DNA of 45,619 nt, counting the filler, from Catajapyx aquilonaris (taxonomy: Eukaryota): assembly GCA_000934665.2 (NCBI GenBank). It is 2 parts of 2 records of this genome, joined end to end, with 100 filler letters (N's around TTAATTAATTAA, not from the genome) between each part and the next. Parts side by side here need not be neighbours in the genome. Positions count along the whole stretch, not along the records: positions 1 to 22,789 come from JYFJ02005821.1; 1 more part is not named here. One strand, given 5' to 3'. Below the pieces are notes generated by a model. The model was given only the letters and a program-made list of their open reading frames with translations. It searched no databases and was not told where the DNA came from. How positions within the stretch are numbered: the stretch's first letter is position 1; the number at the start of each line of letters is the position of its first letter. Positions 1 to 9,739 of the stretch are shown here, piece by piece. Both the position numbers and the translations under genes were made by a program.

Positions 1-2237
1 TACCCAAAAATGTGACCTTCGAATGGAATATTAACTTTTAACTGTCAATGGTGGAGCAGTAACGTAACAACTCCACCTTCAAATTACAAATACAGTTTCT
101 TGATTCATTAGAATAATTATAAATATACTTGGACCTCTGATTCGTATCACAGGACTACAAAATGTCACCTTCGAATCGCACATGATTAGAACCACACATG
201 ATTACAATCGCGGTTTATTAGACTTGAAAATTGAGTCGTACAGCTAAAATTGGGTAACTTGACCAAATTCCAGCGAACTGAAAGCGTATTGTTCCTCGTG
301 CACGTGAACCAAGTCCGGCCAAGTCATCTCACTTAGCTTATAGCCTCGAAGAAAGGCTTGGCGTCCACCACGATCTCACGACTTTGTACGGCGGAGTGGA
401 CAAGGCATGGCTCCCAGGCACTATCTCACAGGTTTTTTCGGCAGACGACTTGGCGCGTTTTTTACGAGTGCGTTTTTGGTGAGATTGTCTATACGAGACG
501 AGTCGGTTCCCTTTCATTTCAGTCAGAAAAATTCCAAATCTTAAATCCTAGTTTACATCTTTTAAACAAATCTCTATCAAATGGTTGAGCGAAATTCAGA
601 AATATACTGTACCTGCAATTATTATTATTTTTTTTTCAATGCCCCTGAGGGCTGTACTAAAGCCTTTAGGGGGAGACGAAACCGACAGGCATGGTAATAG
701 TCATACAAAACGAAAAAAAGAGATATCTCAGTACATCATCGATAAGTGTATACGCTTATACCCACATTGATTGGGAAGTTCTGTAAATTGTAAAAGTTTA
801 GGCCAGAGAGGTCATTTATCATCATCAAAAGATTACAGTTAGGGGCTGGTGGGAAAGTATACAAAAATTTCGTACGCGGTGTCAGAAAAAAAGGACACTC
901 ATAAAGAATGTCGTGCAGTCCTGGTCCTGGGTGAGCGTTATGTAATTTGCTCCCGCTCTGAGATAAATAGAATCATATTTTATATTAATAATTAGCCTAA
1001 TTGTAGAGAGAGGCAAATGTGCTGTTAGATAGCTTGTATTGTTTTATCCGGTGCAATACATGGCCTTACTGCTGCCGTCAGATATGAGAAGACACTAACT
1101 CAATGGCCACTACCCCTTGCGGCGAGAAAAAAAAGCAGTGGTACCAAAAGCACCCAACAGGTGGAGTTGGGATGCCGTTCCTTTTTCCCCCTTCCCCCAA
1201 CGCCACCTCTTGGATGCTTTCGGTAACACTTGCTTTCTTTTCTCGCCGCAAGGAAAGTGTATATTGAGTTACGGTCCTCTCACATCTGACGGCAGATAGT
1301 CCTTATATCTGGCTATTATGGCCGACATTTCCGATGTTGCCAAAGCTCTGGAACGAACATTATAGTCCCCTGAGGAGTAACTGTGGCAACGTTGTTGTCA
1401 GAACAATAGATTTGCGCGAGTGTGGATGCGCACTCGGTTGCGCTCGGATAAAAAAATTTATCTGCTGTAAACCATTTCCTCTAATATTGCTGTAAACCTA
1501 ACTTTTTAAATTGTCTGTTAAATATTTCTAATTATCAGTTTACTACTTCGATTTATCCACACTAACTGTAAGTCGAAAATGTATTTAACATGTTCTCATG
1601 TAAACGGAATGTTTTCCACCTATATGGGCAATTTATTTCCATTATTTAAATGCCGTGACCCCATGGCGACCTGTATGATCACGTAAACATGTTGATCTTG
1701 CCAAGTATGCAAATTCAAGAAATTCTATCTGCTGTTTTCTACATTTCTGCCAAGGTTGTAAAAGAACAAGTGATTGACTGGTGTTGTATTTCTGCACAAA
1801 CATCACAGTTTCATACTCTCTATTTGAATAATGAATAGATTGACTGTATTACGCACGTGCTGTTTGTACAGTTGAATTGCAAAAGTGTATCGTACTTCCA
1901 GCACTTATCAGAATGCATGTTTTTCTCGCTCAGATGTGTTGCTTTATATTAACCTGCGCCACTTGACTGTGTTGCGAACATAATGGCGAAATTCGCGAAT
2001 AAAATTTACATACCTGTAAGCAAGAGTTTGCGCAGAAAGGGAGAAGTTAACGGGGATAAAAGCAGGGTACTTTTCCGTATGCAGCTCACTTCAATCCAAG
2101 CCATCACCAACAGCTACCAGCTTCAGACAGTAAGTACTGTCCCCCTATTTTGTTAGTTCAGAAAATAATTCGTAATTTTTTTTTGATAGGCAATTTCATC
2201 ACCATAATAGTCCTCGACTCGTTACTCTGAGGGCAGT

Positions 2238-2777
2238 ATGATGTCAACTCGTAGCATCCTTATGACACTGATTGTGTTGGCTCTTGTGTCTCATATGACC
2301 CGAGTGACCCTTGGCCAGAATAGCTCAGGAGCAGTGGCCGCAGGCAAAAACACAGGTCCTCTGCAGCTCGAAAATTTGGCTCTCAACATAGCTGGCAAAG
2401 GTGGATCCAACGCATCTGGAGATAGTCTGAAGAGCTTGGCGGTCAATCTTCTGGGTCAAGACGGGTCAGGAGCTTCGGCCAGTGGTGGTCAACTGACCAA
2501 CGTGGCAGTCGACGCACTCTCAGGCGGTAATGAAGGACTTCTGGGCGAACTTCTTGCACTTCTTCAGAGCATCTTGGGAGGAGGCAAGACCACAAGTTAT
2601 ATGACGACTACGCGCAAGCACAGTCAGACCACAACAACATGCGAGGCAAAGACCACGACTCGTAAACCACGAACCACGACTCGTAAGGCAAGAACCACAA
2701 CCCGAAAGCCACGAACCACAACCAGAAAGCGAAGGACCACAACACGTAAGCCAAAAACTACGACTTGCGATGAGTGA
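2238..2777 (+). CDS. Secreted 179-aa protein with Gly-rich N-terminal repeats and a basic Thr-rich (TTTRKPR)n tail; mucin/glue-like
   Basis: Single coding exon with a hydrophobic signal peptide (MMSTRSILMTLIVLALVSHMTRVTLG). A 5'UTR intron lies at 2130-2189 (GTAAGT..TTTTGATAG), a GATAAAA TATA-like box near 2054 and AATAAA at 2830-2835. Repeat codons vary synonymously. Confidence 0.85.
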   Translation: MMSTRSILMTLIVLALVSHMTRVTLGQNSSGAVAAGKNTGPLQLENLALNIAGKGGSNASGDSLKSLAVNLLGQDGSGASASGGQLTNVAVDALSGGNEGLLGELLALLQSILGGGKTTSYMTTTRKHSQTTTTCEAKTTTRKPRTTTRKARTTTRKPRTTTRKRRTTTRKPKTTTCDE

Positions 2778-2971
2778 AGTTTTTTTGTAACTCAAAAGCC
2801 ATTGTTGGCCAATATGTATGCCTACCAGAAATAAAGGGACATAAAATGTAACAAAATGGTTTTCTCTATAAGCTATAAACAGGTTTTGCCCTAAACTGTC
2901 ATGGCGGCTACAGGTCCGCTCTTTAAGTTTTTAAAAAAAGATAGAACAAGGTATTGAATGAGCAGGTTTAA

Positions 2972-3992
2972 TTAGCCATATGAGGCATGATGGAACCTTG
3001 GGATGACCAGGGGGAGGAAGAGGGCTATTCCTGAGGGAATGGACCGGGAGTCTGCTCCGTTGCATTGGTCACCTTCGCAGAGACAGCTGATGCCTGGCTC
3101 TGATTTCCTGCAGTTCAGATACTCTGCTGCGAACGCACTAGACCCAATAAGGCAGCCGTACATCAGCCCAATTTCACCTTCAACTGGAAAGGTCGAGATA
3201 TCAACATATTTCGGTTTAACTCTACCACTACATAAGGGACGCAAACATTCGATTTCCGCGTCTCTCTGTTTGGGGCGTTGCCAAGGCTGGCGGCCATTTT
3301 GAAGTGGGGGCAACGCCAACGAGGTATCAATAGAGTACATGCAAAAAATAGGGTCCGCCATCTTTGATTCGCGCGTGTTCTTGCCGTGTAGTTGCCATGG
3401 CCGCCAAAACCATATTTGCCTGTACCCTATTTACACCTCGTTGGCATTGACCCCACTTCAAAATGGCCGCCAGCCTTGGCAACGCAACGGCCCCAAACAG
3501 AGAGACGCGGAAATCAATGGCGCTGACCGAAGTTTGCGCCTCTTATGTAGTACCGGTATATGCTCCCTGACCATACGTGCAAGACGGACAGTACTATAAC
3601 ACGCAAAAAGATTGTCGCACTGTATCAGTGTGGTGTCCGTGACTTGTTGTTTATCCTGGGCGTTGGTGGGTACGGTCACCCCCAAACCTTACACCAACCT
3701 TCGACTTCTATCTTTAAGCAGTACTGTGAGCAAGGGCTGCCTCCACAATCCGCGTCGGTTCTTACTTCCGGACACTTTTCCACAGGCCCTGTACCTCCTT
3801 CGCACTTTACACTGCCAGTGATAGTGTCGCAGTTGTACATGTAGCACCTTAGACCCACGGCTGCCAAAATAATGGCCGGGTCAGTCGTGCACCATAGCAT
3901 GAGAGTTGCCTATAATGTATACCTGCCTGGAAGATGGTCATCAGGAGGAAACTGGTCATCAACTTGAAAGTTGGAAGGGTGATACCCATCAT
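2972..3992 (-). CDS. Ly6/three-finger (quiver/sleepless-like) GPI-anchored protein A, about 147 aa, 3 exons
   Basis: Exons 3992-3923, 3860-3699 (alternative donor about 6 nt further) and 3183-2972 join in frame through phase-1 introns. Product has a signal peptide, LRCYMYNC...YCLK, GC...C...CLCEGDQCN and a hydrophobic tail; 12 Cys. Confidence 0.8.
3227..3569. mobile_element. Palindromic MITE family 1, copy 1 (in intron 2 of Ly6 gene A)
   Basis: Long inverted arms, nearly identical to 5740-6087 and 12270-12632 in the opposite orientation; ends in TATATGCTCCCTG, left end eroded. Confidence 0.85.
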
Positions 3993-4244
3993 CGAATCGA
4001 AAACAATGTCAGTATACTCATTGTTGTTCCTTTCGTCATGGCACCGGAATGGGAAAGGTATGATTCCAACAACCGAAAGCATTATTTCCGCAACAAAGGC
4101 ATGAGGTGGATATCATCGAATGTCATGGCAACTGCCCCAACAATGCTCTTCCCTTTGGTGTTGATACTTTCAGTCTGAAATTCTTCCAAGTTCGATAGAG
4201 TCAGCCCGAATATTTCTGGTTGTTTCAAGACGTTGCTTCCAGTG

Positions 4245-5117
4245 ATGGGCCAGCAGGTTCCTAAGGTCGTGGTCTTCCTTCTGCTGGCGTCCCCAGGTAA
4301 GTCGACCGGATGTCCCACAAGTGCGATTTATTGACCGATGCTTCTTTTGGCAGCCTTTGGTCGTTCATGCTACTATTACAACTGCACTGAGAAAGGGGAT
4401 TCCAGGTGCAACGTGGGTGAAGAAAACAAGATCGAGTGTCCAAACATCACGGGTAATGATACGTGCGGAAGCAAACCAAATGAAAAGGGCGATAATTGCG
4501 CATACTACTGCTACAAGATGTTGCTGAAAGGTGAGTCGCACATCTATCTAGCTATCTATCTATCTTTTCTATAAAATAATAAAGCCGTTTGTGATCTGTC
4601 TGTCTGTCTGCCTGCCTGGAACGCCATCCCTCATTTGCCTGCCATCTGTGGTCCACTCTCTCCAACCCAATTATTATATTTTTTCCAGTGACTGGTTACG
4701 TCCAGATCGATCTGGATCCCCGTTACCTGAACAGATCCGCCAAAGACACAGACTACGAAGATGAGAAGGGAAAGCAGACGAGTAAGGAGAAGGTAATTAA
4801 GCGGTGATCTCATTAATGAATCTGCTTAACAACACAGGAATGAAGGCGCATCTGCACTGTTTCCCTTATTATAGACGGAGGATGACCTCACCCGTCACAT
4901 CCATGGGTGCGCGAAGGGCCTGAAGGCGAACGAGGCTCAGTTTCTGAAGTGCAGGACTTCAGGGGACCAATCCGGAATGGTACTGGCGAAAACCTGCATG
5001 TGCAACACGGACAATTGCAACCCTGCAAAGGCCCAGACCACGCCATCTGCACGAACCCTCTCCTTGGCTTTGCTTCTCTCGTTCTTGTTGTTGCACACCC
5101 TGTTCCCCAGGGATTAA
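4245..5117 (+). CDS. Ly6/three-finger GPI-anchored protein B, about 191 aa, 4 exons, with a charged loop insertion
   Basis: Exons 4245-4296, 4354-4530, 4689-4792 and 4875-5117 (phases 1,1,0) give one ORF: MGQQVPKVVVFLLLASPAFGRSCYYYNC...YCYK...HGC...KTCMCNTDNCN plus hydrophobic tail; 12 Cys. Confidence 0.85.
4541..4630 (+). mobile_element. Probable non-autonomous Helitron (HINE-like) 5' fragment in intron 2 of Ly6 gene B
   Basis: TCTATAAAATAATAAA followed by (TGTC)n/(TGCC)n and GAACGC resembles arthropod Helitron 5' ends as I recall them; no 3' CTAG end was found. Confidence 0.35.
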
Positions 5118-5292
5118 AAAGTTTATTCGTTGCTTTTCACCTGCTGTCACATACTGTAGGCCTACAGTTGAATAGGAAATGAGGCTTCATCCTGACAGTG
5201 CAGGGCTACCCTCACGTCTCTGTTGCGCTATGCGTCACCTACATGCCAGGATAAAAGTCGGTTCAAATCAAAGGAAAGGACCGGACCATATT

Positions 5293-6175
5293 TTAATTCC
5301 GCAGATATTCTGGATAAGCAATTGAGATGACCACAGGTAGGAGGAGGGCTGCTGTTGTGTCTGCTTCGTTGCATACGTGTCCAAGGCAAATGCAGATCTT
5401 GTATGTTTTGTATTCGCCACAATCCAGATGGTCCTGCGCGTATGATGGGGTTGCCTCCATGCAGGTATAGTACTTGACACCTTGGGAGAAAGAACTGTTT
5501 GTGTTTGTGCGATTGCACTGTTGGCTATGCTTACTCTCCTGATGGTTGATGAGCTTGGCGCAGTACCATTTGCACACTGGAGGTTCTACTTCGCATTTGG
5601 GATCGGTAGGCTCCACTTGTATTCTTGGTACCTGTGCCGCAATGCACCATTTGCCCATCGGAGCCGTTGCAGGCATCATCCTTAGCGCACTTATGTTCAT
5701 AGCACTTCTTACTCACGACTTAAAAAACCAGCTTTCAGTCAGGGAGCATATACTACAAGAGGCGCAAACTTATGTCGGCGCCTTTGATGTTCGCGTCTCT
5801 CTGTTTGAGGCCGTTGCCAAGGCTGGCGGCCATTTTGAAGTGTGGGGAACGCCAACGAGGTATAAATAGGGTACAGGCAAAAATAGGGTCCGCCATCTTT
5901 CATGGTTTTGGCGGCCATGGCAACTACACGGCAAGAACACGCGCGAATCAAAGATGGCGTACCCTATTTTTGCCTGTACCCTATTTATACCTCGTTGGCG
6001 TTCCCCACACTTCAAAATGGCCGCCAGTCTTGGCGACCCCCCAAACAGAGAGACGCGGAAATCGAATGTTTGCGCCTCTTATTCCTGGTTCAGTCCTAAT
6101 AAAAGCAGTGTGTGTATATGACTCACCTAGCGACAAGAACTGCATGGCAAGGATGATTCCAACCAGTGACACCAT
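5293..6175 (-). CDS. Ly6/three-finger protein C, 3 exons, with a frameshift in exon 2 (possible pseudogene or assembly error)
   Basis: Exons 6175-6127 (MVSLVGIILAMQFLSL), 5718-5535 and 5480-5293. KKCYEHKC...HC and TDPKC...CKWYCAK lie in different frames; last exon TC...DC...ICICLGHVCN plus hydrophobic tail. Same 12-Cys pattern as A and B. Confidence 0.7.
5740..6087. mobile_element. Palindromic MITE family 1, copy 2 (in intron 1 of Ly6 gene C)
   Basis: Starts CAGGGAGCATATACTAC; right TIR partly deleted but ends CCTG; 7-bp flanks TTTCAGT / GTTCAGT. Confidence 0.85.
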
Positions 6176-6421
6176 CTGACAGGACTTATCAACTTTTTAT
6201 GAGGCAATTAATACACCAGCCCAACATAACGCGGCTTTAGAAGATGGCCTGGCATTGTCGCAAAATTACAACCAAAATTCTGGATGGTTTCTATTGCCAA
6301 AGACCTTCCTAATAATTGTTATGGCCGATTTGTCGCGTTGGCATGGATGCGTTGTTGTCCGAGGCATTGTTGGCCGTGATGGAACCCGGGTTCGTCTGAG
6401 AGGACGTGCAGAAACTAAGCC

Positions 6422-7408
6422 ATGCACAGGTCCACGGTTCTGATCCAAGCCACCATTCTGGCTGTCGGTAAGTATCATAGCTGTATAGCCATCACCAAGG
6501 CCATCACCTTTCTAGAGTGCTGACGCACATCACCCCTTTTCTATACACTGTGGTTTAATCCGTCAGCTTTTGGTGGTTGCGTGGCCCTGATGTGCTACGA
6601 GTGCAACTCAGACTCGATTGACAAACCCTGTCGCCAGAAACGGGAGGTCAACTGCTCGGCCTTGCAGCCCCAGAATGGGACCACCTGGTGGTGCTACACG
6701 CATAAGATCTACAGTGAGTGTCCAGCGTTATTAATTGGGAAACAGTTTAGCAGTGGCGTAGGCAGGAAATTTTTTCGGGGGGGGNTAATATTGTAACCTA
6801 TTGTAAGACTTTTTTGACGTATCATAACAGTATTCGAGTCGGAGAGGGGAGGGGGAGGATTTCATAAACCGCGAAAATATCTATAAGACAGAATGATATA
6901 CATTACATAATGTAATACATTTATTGATTTTTCTTAACATTTCGGGGGGGGGGGCCGGGCCCCCCCCCCCTGCCTACGCCACTGAGTTAAGTCATAATTA
7001 TCTGCCTCTTGCAGTCAACCATTACGTGAGGAAGTTACCAGTTAGTTACAAGGGATTCGGTGGTGACAGAGGCAGGAAAATTGCCGACAGCAAAGCGGGG
7101 CCTCCTTCAAGCCCATCTGCCGAAGACAAGGTGAGCTACAACCTACTGTAGTAAGTCATTATCAATCGCAGACTCATGATTGGTCGATTATTTTGGCAGG
7201 GCGAGTCGGCAGATGGGGAGCCACCAGCAGATGGGGAGCCAGCAGCAGACGCCATATCTGAGGATCAACCACCAGAAGGCGCAACTGATGATAATGAAAA
7301 TCCCCTATCCAACACGACGATCTGCGGCCGGGAACATTGCGGTGGCAACTGGGACAATAACTTCATCTACGTGGTGAGCCTCTTTGCCAATATAAAATGC
7401 ACAAGAAA

Positions 7409-7496
<88 letters not shown>

Positions 7497-8723
7497 GATA
7501 CCCCGTGATAGGCCCCTTGGGCCTCTTAGAGGATCATCTTTTGAATATCCGACTTTAATCATTTGCCTGTAATGTGATGGATTTTGATAGTGGGAGGAAA
7601 CGGGAGAACCCCGAGAAAACCCACGCGAACACGGAGAGAACCCATCGAAACTATCCACATAAATATCCTCCGTCAGACCCGGGGATCGAACTCGGGACCT
7701 TAGAGGTGGAAGGCTGCGGCACTAACCCCTCGGCCACCGTGTCGCCCTTAATAATAATCTATAATAAAAATAACATGCCGTCAACGTGGTGAGATTGTGC
7801 CAGCGCATTTTTGTGGGGAAAACAGTGCGCCCTACCGCGAATTTTACTCGTCATCGCTAACCTTAACTATGCCGCAATGTAGTAAAACAAGCCTAAATTC
7901 GCCTGCTGCCATCTATGTATATAAATCCCCTATCCGAGGAGGAGGATATAGGACGGAAAACATTTCGCACTTCCCGGAGTCGCAGAGCACTACCGTTGGA
8001 TTCCTAACCCACGAATTACTGGAGTCAAAAATCTTCATAATCGCAAATCTCCCAGCCGTTTTCGAGATAACGCCAATAAACTGAATCCGCAACCTCCCGG
8101 ATCGTTTCGCCACCCGCCCGACAGAGTACAGCTGCGGTCGCCTCAGCCACGCTCAGCCACCCACTGCCCCCCACCCCTCAACTCCACTCCCGTACCCAGC
8201 ACGCTCGCCCCCGCCCCCACCCGCTGGCCCAACCGCCCGTTTGGATGATACGTCAGAGACGCGTTCGGATGGTCTTCACCTGTAGCGGTGACGTCAGTGG
8301 TGGATGTTTAGTGACCGGATGAGCCCTCACTCTGACCAATTTTCGCATGAAAACACGTGCTGGGTTCGCATGGGGGGAGGGTCCCACCCCGAGCGTAGAG
8401 ACTCATATATTTATATTAGGCACATTTAGTTAGTTAGTCCATCGAAACCATTACAAACGATGGGACTCTTTTTGCAGGTTGTGAAAAGCATAGATAGGGT
8501 GTACAAGAACTGCACCGAAATCCACGAAGACGCATATCGAGATGAAACCCGCTATGGAAGGTTCCAGGATGGACTGGAGAACGTGGCCACAGGAGGGGTC
8601 GCTCATGTAACCCACTCCTTCTGCAAAGACGACTTATGCAACGGGGCCGGCCAGCAAGAGGTGACCCATCTTCTTGTGGCCATCCTACTGGTCGCTTGCT
8701 TCGGGATGGCTGCATTGGTCTAG
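6422..8723 (+). CDS. Ly6/three-finger GPI-anchored protein D, about 242 aa, 5 exons, with a ~95-aa loop insertion
   Basis: Exons 6422-6467, 6567-6713, 7015-7130, 7200-7373 and 8478-8723 (phases 1,1,0,0) join in frame: signal peptide, LMCYECNS...WCY, insertion, NC...FCKDDLCN, hydrophobic tail. AATAAA at 8777-8782. Confidence 0.85.
6751..6984. mobile_element. Small MITE (hAT/P-like) in intron 2 of Ly6 gene D
   Basis: TIR CAGTGGCGTAGGCAG ... CTGCCTACGCCACTG; flanks AGTTTAG / AGTTAAG (6 of 7 match). Confidence 0.8.
7413..7747 (-). mobile_element. tRNA-derived SINE with V-domain-like core and (ATT)n tail
   Basis: Minus strand: GGGCGACACGGTGGCCGAGGGGTTAG (A box), GAGTTCGATCCC (B box), then GTTCTCTCCGTGTTCGCGTGGG...CCCGTTTCCTCCCAC; tail is the (AAT)n tract at 7413-7495. 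Confidence 0.8.
7775..7910 (+). repeat. Dispersed DNA-transposon end fragment, related to 20685-20850
   Basis: Both copies share GTGAGATTGTGCCA, GCGCATTTTT and CCTAAATTCGCCT. Confidence 0.55.
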
Positions 8724-9739
8724 GCGTGTCGACCAATCAGCGTCAACGTAAAAGACTCACAGTTGCCAGCTTTAGCAATAAAAAAAATGCTTTTACTGTT
8801 CCAGAGCCTTTGGCAACGTCACAAACGTCGGTCAATTTGTTTCTCACCAAGCGTAACGTTGGAAATACGTGCATGGCTTATTATACACCCACTCTACAGA
8901 TGGCTCAGCAGCAATCAGTGATATTTCCAACCGTGTAAGCTACTCGAATTGTGGTGCGCACTTGGTTGCGCTCGTAAAAAAATATGATAGTGTAGGCCTT
9001 ACCCTATAGGTACCCTACAATCAAACCAAAGTACTACAGAAAAGACATGTGCAATTATTTGACAACTAGATTTATTAAACCAATAACTAACAATGCAGCA
9101 GAAGCGGGGAAACAACAACGATAACAATAACGGCCCAACAATTTGCGTAGTTATATCGAAAAATAATCAGTATTATTATATATTTTTTTCAATCTCGAAG
9201 GCGACAAAAAAATACGTATATATTTATATATATCCCTGTCGGAACGAACTGTTATATATTTATAATATATAATACCCATCATAGTCAGTGTAGTTAGAGA
9301 TGGCCTATATTATATGATACTCCCAACGCTGTGAGGTTAATATATTGCGCAACAACTTTGGTTAATAGTTATCAACAATGAGGCAGAGGTGTCTAACCTT
9401 TCGGAGACACAATCGCTTGTTCTTGTTTCCAACCCTAATTTTCATAGTATTAAATGTATTTAGGGTGAAGGAGAGTTAACGACTCTATAGCAAGGTTTCT
9501 AAAGACGACTTTTTTTGCCTTCTCGAGAAATAATCTTGCAGCAATGACTTTTCCACATATTAAGATCCGGTTGACATCCTCCAGGAAACATTTTCTGGCT
9601 GGAAAATATTGAGAATTTTTTTTCAAGTGTCAACATTGTTGTAAACAATTGTTCAAACTTTTCTGTCTCTTTTACGCAGTCAAAATGTGTCTTTTTGAAT
9701 GCGACGCAACCGAACCAAATTGGCAAAAGTCGGCCATTT

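Noticed and set aside
1..2050. Short ORFs at the window start
   Set aside because: No recognisable motifs or consistent splice structure.
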